DNA of 64,000 nucleotides from Eledone cirrhosa (lineage: Eukaryota), in contig OZ024741.1 in NCBI GenBank assembly GCA_964016885.1, positions 17,112,001-17,176,000 of the forward strand, written 5' to 3'. Position numbers and translations under genes: made by a program. The notes beneath the pieces are model-generated. The model was not told where the DNA came from. It searched no databases and saw only the letters and a program-made list of their open reading frames with translations. This document shows, piece after piece, positions 15,401-28,534 of the stretch; position 1 is the stretch's first letter; the number at the start of each line of letters is the position of its first letter.

Positions 15401-17211
15401 CTAAGGTGGACTGTGGTCTGAGACTGAACTATATTGATCTGGTACCTATTACTGACAGCTAGGTGGACTGTGGTCAGAGACTGAACTATATTGATCTGGT
15501 ATCTATTACTGACAGCCAGGTGGACTGTGGTCAGAGACTGAACTATATTGATCTGGTACCTATTACTGACAGCTAGGTGGACTGTGGTCAGACACTGAAC
15601 TATATTGATCTGGTATCTATTACTGACAGCTAGGTGGACTGTGGTCTGAGACTGAACTATATTGATCTGGTACCTATTACTGACAGCTAGGTGGACTGTG
15701 GTCAGAGACTGAACTATATTGATCTGGTATCTATTACTGACAGCTAGGTGGACTGTGGTCTGAGACTGAACTATATTGATCTGGTACCTATTACTGACAG
15801 CTAGGTGGACTGTGGTCAGAGACTGAACTATATTGATCTGGTATCTATTACTGACAGCTAGGTGGACTGTGGTCTGAGACTGAACTATATTGATCTGGTA
15901 CCTGTTACTGACAGCTAGGTGGACTGTGGTCAGAGACTGAACTATATTGATCTGGTATCTATTACTGACAGCTAGGTGGACTGTGGTCTGAGACTGAACT
16001 ATATTGATCTGGTACCTATTACTGACAGCTAGGTGGACTGTGGTCTGAGACTGAACTATATTGATCTGGTACCTAATATTGACAGTTAGGTGGACTGTGG
16101 TCAGAGACTGAACTATATTGATCTGGTACCTATTATTGACAGCTAGGTGGACTGTGGTCAGAGACTGAACTATATTGATCTGGTACCTATTACTGACAGC
16201 TAGGTGGACTGTGGTCTGAGATTGAACTATATTGATCTGGTACCTAATATTGACAGCCAGGTGGACTGTGGTCAGAGACTGAACTATATTGATCTGGTAT
16301 CTATTACTGACAGCTAGGTGGACTGTGGTCTGAGACTGAACTATATTGATCTGGTACCTATTACTGACAGCTAGGTGGACTGTGGTCAGAAACTGAACTA
16401 TATTGATCTGGTATCTATTACTGACAGCTAGGTGGACTGTGGTCAGAGACTGAATATATTGATCTGGTATCTATTATTGACGGCTAGGTGGACTGTGGTC
16501 TGAGACTGAACTATATTGATCTGGTACCTATTACTGACAGCTAGGTGGACTGTGGTCAGAGACTGAACTATATTGATCTGGTATCTATTACTGACAGCTA
16601 GGTGGACTGTGGTCAGAGACTGAACTATATTGATCTGGTATCTATTACTGACAGCTAGGTGGATTGTGGTCTGAGACTGAACTATATTGATCTGGTACCT
16701 ATTACTGACAGCTAGGTGGACTGTGGTCAGAGACTGAACTATATTGATCTGGTACCTAATATTGACAGCTAGGTGGACTGTGGTCTGAGACTGAACTATA
16801 TTGATCTGGTACCTATTATTGACAGCTAGGTGGACAGTGGTCTGAGACTGAACTATATTGATCTGGTACCTAATATTGACAGCTAGGTGGACTGTGGTCT
16901 GAGACTGAACTATATTGATCTGGTACCTATTATTGACAGCTAGGTGGACAGTGGTCTGAGACTGAACTATATTGATCTGGTACCTATTACTGACAGCTAG
17001 GTGGATTGTGGTCTGAGACTGAACTATATTGATCTGGTACCTATTATTGACAGCTAGGTGGACTGTGGTCTGAGACTGAACTATATTGATCTGGTACCTA
17101 TTACTGACAGCTAGGTGGACTGTGGTCAGAGACTGAACTATATTGATCTGGTACCTATTATTGACAGCTAGGTGGACAGTGGTCTGAGACTGAACTATAT
17201 TGATCTGGTAT
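3419..17211. repeat. 57-bp satellite, about 240 monomers, with occasional 58-bp variants
   Basis: Consensus ctgtggtctgagactgaactatattgatctggtacctattactgacagctaggtgga; the 19-aa periodicity of ORF 8195-10294 agrees with a 57-bp unit. Confidence 0.99.
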
Positions 17212-17681
17212 CCAATCTATTAAAGATGATGATCATGAAATAGATGATGCTGGAAAGGGTGACTGTGGTGGTGATAATGGTGGTGGTGGGTGGTGGTGAT
17301 AATGGTGGTGGTGGGTGGTGGTGATAATGGTGGTGGTCATAATGGTGTTAGCCTAATACTCTAACAAAAATAACATTCATTGACCAAGTTTTCAATTAAC
17401 ATACACGCACGTAAACCCCCCCCCCCCCCTCACACACAGTGTATCGGAACTGCTGTTATTGCCATCGTATGTCACCTCCTTCTGCCAAGATTCACCCATT
17501 ATGTTATCGGATCTATCAGATGTCCGTATCTGGCAGTCATTTACGTCATATATTCAGCTGACCAATCAATGTCAGAAGTCGGGCCTTAAGAAGGAAAGTC
17601 TGGTGTGTTGAAAGAGAAGGAGGAAGTGGCTACTTCTTATAAATTGTCCTAGAGATTATATATATATATATATATATAAAT

Positions 17682-18801
17682 GGCAGTTACTTAAATGTAA
17701 GTATGTATGTATACGTACATACATATATGTATACAGACGTACAATAGTATGTATATATATATGGTGGCTGCCAACTCGTTTTCGAGTACGCCCACTACTT
17801 TATATCCATGTAGGAGAACCCCTACCGATGCGCTGAACGAGTGTGACTTTTTAGTCCAGCCAGCGACTTGAAAACTCTGGTACACTACACTTGTGACAAT
17901 TATTGACACATAGTGCTGGGCCCATGGTACCATGTGACGACAAGTGCAGAGAGATCTCCAGATATAAAGCAATGCCTGTGTCGTGAAGCTTTTATAGTGA
18001 GCAAAGGCACTGCACAAAGCCAGTCCTACTCTCTAAACCAAGATGATATTTACCAAAAATAAGAACAAGTCAACATAATTGGATCCCATCAGGGTTGCAG
18101 GGGTTATATCAGAGTTTTCCTTCTAGAATTCTGCCTTGACAAAGGCTAAGGGGTCATCTCTCCCGGTGATTTTGGATGGCCATTGACTCTTAAGAGCTCC
18201 TTTGCCTTTTGATAGGTTTTATTTTTAGTCCTGCAGGATGTCCAAAGTCACCCTCCTCACCAAGAAACCTTGGTGGGGTTGCCAGTTTAGTCGCCAACGA
18301 CCCGACCATGAAACAGGTTGTACTGGGATACATGTTACCAGTAGCACCAACTGGTGACCTGACATACATGCACTCACATATATATGTACGTATGGATTTA
18401 CCGAACATTTATTATAATGCTCGGTGTGTTTGTAAACAAACATCCCGAATTAAGCCGTACAGTGTTTAGCAACCATCGTTGCTCTTTTGTTCAACACTGA
18501 CAAAGGAACGATGTACTAGTTTCAAACTTATTAGCTATTGTCAACAACGTATACCTTCCTGCCAGATGGTTGAACGTCTGAAAGTATTTTCTTTCCTCAT
18601 GCATATTAACGGCTGAGCAGCCTAATTTGCATATCGAGTGAGTTTAGTCGGCCGGGCGCACCGAAAACGATAAATGGAAAAAGTGAAATGAAATTTCATT
18701 TCCCACTCTTAGTACGGCTGTTACTTAAATGTAAGTATGTATACGTATATACATATATGTATACAGACGTACAGTAGTATGTATATATATATACATATAT
18801 G

Positions 18802-18871
<70 letters not shown>

Positions 18872-18892
18872 GATTTACTGAACATTTATTAT

Positions 18893-18893
<1 letters not shown>
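17682..18893. repeat. Head-to-tail ~430-bp repeat (about 1.3 units) interrupted by a ~600-bp insertion
   Basis: gttacttaaatgtaagtatgtat...cagacgtaca occurs at ~17686 and ~18720; atggattta..gaacatttattataat at ~18392 and ~18869; reverse copy at 38161-38360. Confidence 0.7.
17765..18362 (-). mobile_element. Second, inverted copy of the 1-510 repeat family, inserted in the ~430-bp unit
   Basis: Reverse-complement similarity to 1-410. Confidence 0.6.
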
Positions 18894-18927
<34 letters not shown>

Positions 18928-19069
18928 TTATATTTATTTCATTTTATTCATTATTCCTTCTCATCTCATTTCCCCTAACTTCAAAACACCAAAACACTAA
19001 TTCCTCCCCGCCATTCATCTTCAACCTCACCATCTCTACCTTCGCCACCTTCCCCTTCATCTTCTACTT

Positions 19070-19370
19070 TACCACAACCATCATCATAACCACCACCACC
19101 ACCACCTTCATTATCATAACCACCACCACAACCACCACCACCACCATCATCATAACCACCACCACCACCACCACCTTCATTATCATAACCACCACCACAA
19201 CCACCACCACCATCATCATCATAACCACCACCACCACCACCACCATCATCATAACCACCACCACAACCACCACCACCACCATCATCATAACTACCACCAC
19301 CACCACCACCACCATCATCATCATAGTAACATTCACCATAAACAACACAACCACCTCCTCCTCCTCCTTC
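19070..19370. repeat. (ACC/ATC)n compound microsatellite
   Basis: Direct reading; source of the Gly-rich ORF. Confidence 0.95.
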
Positions 19371-19458
19371 TCCTCTATTTTTTCCCCTCACTTCTATGTT
19401 TACCATTATCCCCCATACCAATATGGCCCCCACCTGCCATTCTTGTCATCATTATACT

Positions 19459-19612
19459 GTCGGACGCCATTCTTTGCAGCACAGAGTTACGGCCCTTTAC
19501 GAACTGAGTTCAAATCCCGCCGAGGTTAACTTTGCCTTACGGGGTAGATAAAATAAAGTACCAGTAATGTACTGGGGTAATTGCTGGCCTTGTGCCTAAA
19601 GTAGAAACAATT
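19459..19612 (+). mobile_element. Family A SINE, short form
   Basis: gagttcaaatcccgccgaggttaactttgcc...gtaccagtaatgtactggg...ggccttgtgcctaaagtagaaac. Confidence 0.9.
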
Positions 19613-19614
19613 AT

Positions 19615-19871
19615 ACTGGCAGACCTTCCAATTCTTGCTGACTCCGATATTTATAACTACACCTAAAGAAGGAACGTGAGGCCCCTGCGATACGTGGACC
19701 CGGCTTGGACTTAGACCAGTTCACGTCCCTCCTCCTTCTTCCTCCGCTGACGTTAAGTCCCCCCAGAGTATTTGGGATGCCATCCAGTGCCACCTGGCCT
19801 CAGACAAGCTAGCACGCCAGCTCGACCAGCCCCGCCTTGCATGATGTTGAGCGGCCTTACAACCCCACAGC
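19615..19871 (+). mobile_element. Probable internal CRE fragment (region downstream of the RT domain)
   Basis: GC-rich island translating, with frameshifts, as QSIWD...ARQLDQPRLA..AALQPHS, which resembles the Q..WD...RL.AA..PHSGAWL motif of CRE ORFs. Confidence 0.45.
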
Positions 19872-21134
19872 ATGTTGTCTGACACTACAGATATTGCCAA
19901 ACCAGCGCCCTCTATGTCACAAAACATGTTGTCTGACACTACAGATATTGCCAAACCAGCGCCCTCTATGTCACAAAACATGTCTGACACTACAGATATT
20001 GCCAAACCAGCGCCCTCTATGTCACAAAACATGTTGTCTGACACTACAGATATTGCCAAACCAGCGCCCTCTATGTCACAAAACATGTCTGACACTACAG
20101 ATATTGCCAAACCAGCGCCCTCTATGTCACAAAACATGTTGTCTGACACTACAGATATTGCCAAACCAGCGCCCTCTATGTCACAAAACATGTTGTCTGA
20201 CACTACAGATATTGCCAAACCAGCGCCCTCTATGTCACAAAACATGTTGTCTGACACTACACATACTGCCAAACCAGCGCCCTCTATGTCACAAAACATG
20301 TTGTCTGACACTACAGATACTGCCAAACCAGCGCCCTCTATGTCACAAAACATGTCTGACACTACAGATATTGCCAAACCAGCGCCCTCTATGTCACAAA
20401 ACATGTTGTCTGACACTACAGATATTGCCAAACCAGCGCCCTCTATGTCACAAAACATGTTGTCTGACACTACAGATATTGCCAAACCAGCGCCCTCTAT
20501 GTCACAAAACATGTTGTCTGACACTACAGATATTGCCAAACCAGCGCCCTCTATGTCACAAAACATGTTGTCTGACACTACAGATATTGCCAAACCAGCG
20601 CCCTCTATGTCACAAAACATGTTGTCTGACACTACAGATATTGCCAAACCAGCGCCCTCTATGTCACAAAACATGTTGTCTGACACTACAGATATTGCCA
20701 AACCAGCGCCCTCTATGTCACAAAACATGTTGTCTGACACTACAGATATTGCCAAACCAGCGCCCTCTATGTCACAAAACATGTTGTCTGACACTACAGA
20801 TACTGCCAAACCAGCGCCCTCTATGTCACAAAACATGTCTGACACTACAGATATTGCCAAACCAGCGCCCTCTATGTCACAAAACATGTCTGACACTACA
20901 GATATTGCCAAACCAGCGCCCTCTATGTCACAAAACATGTCTGACACTACAGATATTGCCAAACCAGCGCCCTCTATGTCACAAAACATGTCTGACACTA
21001 CAGATATTGCCAAACCAGCGCCCTCTATGTCACAAAACATGTTGTCTGACACTACAGATATTGCCAAACCAGCGCTCTTTATGTCACAAAACATGTCTGA
21101 CACTACAGATACTGCCAAACCAGCGCCCTCTATG
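19870..21134. repeat. 54/51-bp minisatellite, about 24 copies, derived from the SINE head
   Basis: Unit catgttgtctgacactacagatattgccaaaccagcgccctctatgtcacaaaa; the 51-bp variant lacks 3 nt; aligns with the SINE A 5' end. Confidence 0.97.
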
Positions 21135-21221
21135 TAATAATGGTGTAAATTATGTAATATTTTCAATAGTACTTCTGTCACGTATTCATGTTTCCACCTC
21201 TCACTACAACACTCCCCCTCC

Positions 21222-21268
<47 letters not shown>

Positions 21269-21572
21269 GGCGTCTTTCAGAAAAGTGGTGGTTGTGAAGG
21301 GTGTGGGAGAGAGAGGGGTGTAGGAAAGGAAGGGAGAGGGTGAAGTGTTGCGTGTAGGAAGAGAGGGGGGGGGGGGTTGTAGTTGTAATAGTTAGTAAAA
21401 TGTTGTTACTGGGGGGAGCACTATTAAATGGTAGGGTGTGGCAACTAAACCATTACTGACAATTCTCATTACACCCCTCATCCCCCCTTTACAACTCCGC
21501 CTTTATTACCCCTTACTACTAACTTTATCCCCCACCCATCCGGTCAACTGCCACCACCACCACCTTCTGGTG

Positions 21573-21603
<31 letters not shown>

Positions 21604-21611
21604 TGCCACAT

Positions 21612-21644
<33 letters not shown>

Positions 21645-21698
21645 TTGCTTTTGTTTAGCCACAGATCAGACCTTATAGATAAGACCTATGATCTAATA

Positions 21699-21897
21699 TA
21701 CGAGGGTAGGCTGGGAAGTTTATAGGCCGATTATGAAGTAGAGATGCTAGAGCTGTGAAATCTTGCATGCATTAATTTCAACTTTTCTTATTAATAACTG
21801 CATTGTTTCTTTCTGTTGTCTATGTTGAAATATAAACCTCATTTGGTCATTCCATGAGAATATCTTGGTCACCCTATAAATATTTCAGCCTTGTATT
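21699..21897. mobile_element. Mariner-like MITE remnant
   Basis: Starts tacgagggtaggctgggaagtt and ends aaatatttcagccttgta (imperfect terminal inverted repeats, TA flanks). Confidence 0.5.
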
Positions 21898-22127
21898 ACA
21901 GCCGTGACCACCACGCCGTTTCCTATGGGCAACGGAACCCAAAGACATAATCTAACCCGTCACTTTCTAAGACGGTGATTTGAGGAAGGCTTGGCTGCTA
22001 TTTCTAGCAGGTTGAGCGACCATATAGATGCTCGTTCTCTAATGGTTGTAGTGAGAGGTGTGATGGGTGTGGGGTGGGGGACATTTAAGTGAACGGAACA
22101 TACAGAGTTGTATTACATTGGTGACAC

Positions 22128-22178
<51 letters not shown>

Positions 22179-22458
22179 CATGTATATGTACTTATCTCGC
22201 TCTCTCTGTATATATATATTTGTTAGTGTGTGTTGTGTGTGTACACATGTATATATGTATGTGTGTATGTATCTATATATATATATATACATATTTATAT
22301 ATACACACATACATATATATATATATATATATGTGAGTGTGTGTGTGTCTCTCTCTCTATATATATTTGTTAGTGTGTGTGTGTATGAATGCACGTATGT
22401 ATATATATATATATGTATGTATGAATATAAATATGAATGTATGTATATATATGCATGC

Positions 22459-22519
<61 letters not shown>

Positions 22520-23019
22520 TATATATATATTACACACATACATATATACATTCATACATTCATACGTACACATTTACTGTCTATTATCAATAATAGTCAG
22601 GCTTGTTTGCACCATTTAGTAAATGTTTATCTACCCACCCCTGTATTGATTGGTGAGTGGGTGGTTCTCTATCTTTCTTTCTCTCTCTCCCCCCTCTCTC
22701 TCACTCACTCACTCATTCTCTCTATCTCCTTTTCCCATCTCCCCCTCTCCCTCGCTATCTCATCTCTGTAAGGTCTTTGTATGAGGGGAAGTGGCTGCTC
22801 TCTGTGTTGAAAGTGTTTATGTCTGTGCACTAGGAGAGAGGTGGTTGTGAGGTGGGAAGGAATAGTTCCCATGTAATCTGAGACGGTGGTTCCCTTTAAT
22901 GCAGCTCTCGGCATATTTTAATTCTACACCACTAAATGCTTCTGGGAAATGCAACCCTTCACGTTTAAGTCATTTTATATTTGCGACTCATAACGTTTGT
23001 AGGTCTTCAAATTTACGGC

Positions 23020-23480
23020 GCTTCACATTTATGACCTTTCACATTTGCGACCCTTCACTTGTAACTTTCACATTTGCGACCCTTCACTTGTGACTTTCAC
23101 ATTTACAACCCTTCTCATTTACGTTCCTTCACATTTGGAACCCTTCACATTTACATTCATTCCCATTTACGACCCTTTATGTTTACAACCCTTCACAATT
23201 GCGACCCTTCACTTTACAATCCTTCACAATTGCGACCCTTCACATTTACGACCCTTCACATTTACAACCTTTCACATTTATGATCCTTCATATTATTTAC
23301 GACCCTACACATTTACGACCCATCACATTTACGACCCTTCACGTTTACAACCTTTCACTTCTATGATCCTTCACATTTGTGACCCTTCACATGCACAACT
23401 GACCTATTTACGATGTCAAATCTCTGACCGCCATATTTGTAACCTACGTTTGTAACATTTCACATTAGCAATCCTCACAA
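23020..23480. repeat. Degenerate ~16-bp minisatellite (cccttcacatttacga)
   Basis: Direct reading. Confidence 0.9.
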
Positions 23481-23829
23481 TTGTGTCTCATGTTTCTTCA
23501 TTTCCCCTCCATTTAAGATATTCTAAAAGTTTAACCCTTTCGCTGCATTTCCAATGAAACTCACTGTTGATGAAATTCACTGTTGATAAGTGTCAAATAA
23601 AAAAGAACTTGGAGGGATTTAGTTATATAACTTATTATTAAGCTGGTGTTTAGAACATCGTAGATTAACAAAAGTTCTTACATGAAAAAGTTAGTGATCA
23701 TTCTTAGAAACGTCGAGCGGATATCTATTTATAGAAAATTAAGTTGAAGGCCTCCACGCACGTATATTTTTCGACTAACTCTAGGTTATATTTCAATAAA
23801 AACAAAGCTCAGTATTGTAGAACCAAAAG

Positions 23830-24100
23830 CAACGAATTGGCTGAGTCGTAGAACGTCAGATAGAATACCTTGCGGTATTCGTTTCGGCTTTCAACTCTCT
23901 GAGTTCAAATCCCCCAGAAGTCAATTTTGCCTTTCATTCATTCGAGTAGTATGGATCGATATTTTCCTCTATATCTCTTTCTCACTCCATATCCTTCTCT
24001 GGAAGAATCTGCTGTACTCAGACCTGAAGAGGAGATGGGCTTCACCAGATCTAATGCCCTAGAAACGCTGTATGTCAGGAGTTACGAGACCATGCAATGT
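23830..24100 (+). mobile_element. SINE variant with a pyrimidine linker and hammerhead-like tail, copy 1
   Basis: tRNA-like head with gagttcaaatccc, then a CT-rich linker and cagacCTGAAGAggagatggg...atgccctaGAAAcgctgtatgtc. The same composite occurs at 31030 and 51421. Confidence 0.7.
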
Positions 24101-24219
24101 AGAACGAAGGATGGCTTCAGGCAGTTCGGTATTAAGCGAGTCAAAATTAACGTCCCAAGATGAAATTAGACTACACGTGTTACGTTCGGTAATTGTAAGC
24201 AAAAGATGCGAATGTCGTG

Positions 24220-25338
24220 TTAGTAACGTTCTGTATGGTGTAACGTCAGTGACGTTGTATATGGTGTAACGTCAGTAACGGTGTATATGGTGTAACGTCA
24301 GTAACGGTCTATATGGTGTAACGTCAGTAACGCTGTATATGGTGTAACGTCAGTGACGTTGTATATGGTGTAACGTCAGTAACGGTGTATATGGTGTAAC
24401 GTCAGTAACGGTCTATATGGTGTAACGTCAGTAACGCTGTATATGGTGTAACGTCAGTAACGCTGCATATGGTGTAACGTCAGTAACGCTGTGTATAGTG
24501 TAACGTCAGTAACGCTGTATATGGTGTAACGTCAGTAACGCTGTGTATAGTGTAACGCCAGTAACGCTGTGTATGGTGTAACGTCAGTAACGCTGTGTAT
24601 GGTGTAACGTCAGTAACGCTATATATGGTGTAACGTCAGTAAAGCTGTATATGGTGTAACGTCAGTAACGCTATATATGGTGTAATGTCAGTGAAGCTGT
24701 ATATGGTGTAACGTCAGTAACGCTATATATGGTGTAATGTCAGTAAAGCTGTATATGGTGTAACGTCAGTAACACTATATATGGTGTAACGTCAGTAACG
24801 CTATATATGGTGTAACGTCAGTAAAGCTGTATATGGTGTAACGTCAGTAACGCTATATATGGTGTAACGTCAGTAACGCTATATATGGTGTAATGTCAGT
24901 AACGCTATATATGGTGTAATGTCAGTAACGCTATATATGGTGTAACGTCAGTAACGCTATATATGGTGTAACGTCAGTAAAGCTATATATGGTGTAACGT
25001 CAGTAACGCTATATATGGTGTAATGTCAGTAAAGCTGTATATGGTGTAACGTCAGTAAAGCTGTATATGGTGTAACGTCAGTAACGCTGTATATGGTGTA
25101 ATGTCAGTAACGCTGTATATGGTGTAACGTCAGTAACGCTGTATATGGTGTAACGTCAGTAACGCTGTATATGGTGTAACGTCAGTAACGCTATATATGG
25201 TGTAACGTCAGTAACGCTATATATGGTGTAACGTCAGTAAAGCTGTATATGGTGTAACGTCAGTAACGCTATATATGGTGTAACGTCAGTAACGCTGTGT
25301 ATGGTGTAACGTCAGTAACGCTGTGTATGGTGTAACGT
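24220..25338. repeat. 26-bp minisatellite, about 43 copies
   Basis: Unit tggtgtaacgtcagtaacgctgtata; period checked (taac at 24241 and 24267). Confidence 0.98.
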
Positions 25339-25517
25339 TTTTACATGTTCCTTAGTAACTCCAACTTTCCACCATGGTAAGGAAGACATGTTAGCACCAA
25401 CATTATTATCAGGGTTAATTTAATAATCCCGGGACACAAGGTTCCGCATGTGGGTAGTTAGCTTTATTGTTTCCGATAATACGATTGGGTGATTGGTGTT
25501 CGGTTAACCGAGGTCAT

Positions 25518-25566
<49 letters not shown>

Positions 25567-25568
<2 letters not shown>

Positions 25569-25784
25569 GGAACAAGTATGACCCCGACGGCAGAGCTCAA
25601 GTCGTTTCGACGGCTATTTCTCGACCAGAAATAGCCGACGGCTATTTTTGGTCCAGAAATAGCCGTCGAAACGGCTTGAGCTCTGCCGTCGGGGTCATAC
25701 TTGTTCCTATTACCCACTCTACTACACTAAGTATTGAGTACTTTGGTGCGTTATGGTCCATCTGGTTCTTTACCACAATTCCTT

Positions 25785-25788
<4 letters not shown>
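25567..25788. mobile_element. Fold-back PLE-like remnant in (TA)n
   Basis: Inverted arms spanning 25567-25709 plus an ~80-nt tail; same family at 59701-59843. Confidence 0.7.
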
Positions 25789-25866
<78 letters not shown>

Positions 25867-26013
25867 ATACAGCTGTTCATTTATTCAGTTGTCAAATCAG
25901 TTTAACAATGGTACTTTAGAATTTCTATAAATGAAACCGAAACCAGACATCTTGGCAATTTGATGAGAGCTGACTTCCGTTGTTGTCTGTACCCGGGGTA
26001 TTTATAGGCGGAT

Positions 26014-26044
<31 letters not shown>

Positions 26045-26120
26045 CATGTATGAATATATATATAGGTATATATAAACATTATATATATATATATATATAT
26101 ATAATGTTTATATATATCTA

Positions 26121-26170
<50 letters not shown>

Positions 26171-26192
26171 AATATATATATATATGTATATA

Positions 26193-26229
<37 letters not shown>

Positions 26230-26669
26230 TCTCGGCTAAGTGGTTTGAAATAAGAAAACGATAGCGATTTCCGTTGAATGTGTGCAAGGTCAATTATTAT
26301 CATAGTTATGCCAGCTATGAGCCAGTAAACCTATCACCACCTATAACCCGAGACCTTCTAACCATGACTATCCCGTCTTTTATATAGACACAGGAGAGAG
26401 ATATTCACACATTTCTTCTGTTTGTTTGAAAATTGTGGCTGGGTGATTCATGAAGTAAATTGTCTGAGACCTTGATTAAGCGTTCTTCTCCAAAACCTAG
26501 AGTTGCCATATGCCATGTGAATGGAATTTGGTTAACGGGATCCACCAGGTTTCAAAAATGCCCTAGAAATACCTTATGTCAATACTGCGCCCCTACGACT
26601 CCCTGGAAAGTTAAGGGGCCATGCATATTTTGACTCCTTGAAACACTCTCACTGACACTGTAAATTTCC

Positions 26670-28266
26670 ACCACAGTCAGACAAAGCTGAACCACAGTCA
26701 GACAAAGCTGAACCACAGTCAGACATAGCTGAACCACAGACAGACAAAGCTGAACCACAGTCAGCTATAGCTGAACCACAGTCAGCTATAGCTGAACCAC
26801 AGTCAGGCAAAGCTGATTCACAGTCAGACAAAGCTGAACCACAGTCAGACAAAGCTGAACCACAGTCAGACATAGCTGAACCACAGTCAGCTATAGCTGA
26901 ACCACAGTCAGCTATAGCTGAACCACAGTCAGCTATAGCTGAACCACAGTCAGCTATAGCTGAACCACAGTCAGGCAAAGCTGATTCACAGTCAGACAAA
27001 GCTGAACCACAGTCAGACATAGCTGAACCACAGACAGACAAAGCTGAACCACAGACAGACAAAGCTGAACCACAGTCAGACATAGCTGAACCACAGTCAG
27101 ACATAGCTGAACCACAGTCAGGTAAAGCTGATTCACAGTCAGACAAAGCTGAACCACAGTCAGACATAGCTGAACCACAGACAGACAAAGCTGAACCACA
27201 GACAGACAAAGCTGAACCACAGTCAGACATAGCTGAACCACAGTCAGACAAAGCTGAACCACACTCAGCTATAGCTGAACCACACTCAGCTATAGCTGAA
27301 CCACAGTCAGGCAAAGCTGATTCACAGTCAGACAAAGCTGAACCACAGTCAGACATAGCTGAACCACAGACAGACAAAGCTGAACCACAGACAGACAAAG
27401 CTGAACCACAGTCAGACATAGCTGAACCACAGTCAGCTATAGCTGAACCACAGTCAGGTAAAGCTGATTCACAGTCAGACAAAGCTGAACCACAGTCAGA
27501 CATAGCTGAACCACAGTCAGCTATAGCTGAACCACAGTCAGGCAAAGCTGATTCACAGTCAGACAAAGCTGAACCACAGTCAGACATAGCTGAACCACAG
27601 TCAGCTATAGCTGAACCACAGTCAGGCAAAGCTGATTCACAGTCAGACAAAGCTGAACCACAGTCAGACAAAGCTGAACCACAGCCAGGCATAGCTGAAC
27701 CACAGTCAGACATAGCTGAACCACAGTCAGCTATAGCTGAACCACAGTCAGACAAAGCTGAATCACAGTCAGGCATAGCTGAACCACAGTCAGGCAAAGC
27801 TGAATCACAGTCAGGCATAGCTGAACCACAGTCAGACATAGCTGAACCACAGTCAGACAAAGCTGAACCACACTCAGCTATAGCTGAACCACAGTCAGAC
27901 AAAGCTGAACCACAGTCAGACAAAGCTGAACCACAGTCAGACAAAGCTGAACCACAGTCAGGCATAGCTGAACCACAGTCAGACAAAGCTGAACCACAGT
28001 CAGACAAAGCTGAACCACACTCAGCTATAGCTGAACCACACTCAGCTATAGCTGAACCACAGTCAGACATAGCTGAACCACGGTCAGCTATAGCTGAACC
28101 ACAGTCAGACAAAGCTGAACCACAGTCAGACAAAGCTGAACCACACTCAGCTATAGCTGAACCACACTCAGCTATAGCTGAACCACAGTCAGACATAGCT
28201 GAACCACGGTCAGCTATAGCTGAACCACAGTCAGACATAGCTGAACCACAGTCAGACAAAGCTGAA
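26670..28266. repeat. 21-bp minisatellite, about 76 copies
   Basis: Unit agctgaaccacagtcagacaa with variants acat/ctat/gcaa; gives the 7-aa periodic ORF 26649-28298. Confidence 0.98.
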
Positions 28267-28534
28267 TAATAAGATAGACCTGAGCAATATAAAGACAATG
28301 TTGAAATTAAAGTTTAAAAAAAGATGGTGGTGATGTTTTAAGGCCTTAGAATGTGTGGAGATGCCTTTTCCGTCAGTCAATCAGTTTATTTCAGGTAATA
28401 AAAAATGAATTATCTATTCACTGCTACTGGATATTCTTCTTCACTACGTTACCACAAACTCAATTGTGTGTTGTGTGTGTGTGTGGGGGGTGGGGGGGGG
28501 GGGGACTTCGAGTGGATGAAAGGCAAAGATTTGA

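Noticed and set aside
18981-19433. Gly/Tyr-rich ORF resembling a structural protein
   Set aside because: Explained by the (ACC/ATC)n microsatellite; no unique coding context.
19721-21297. Three overlapping 421-486-aa ORFs
   Set aside because: Unit lengths are multiples of 3 and the unit is SINE-derived; open frames on both strands point to an artefact.
26670-28266. Common origin of the 21-bp and 57-bp repeats
   Set aside because: Only accacagtc and agctg are shared, which is too short to support homology.
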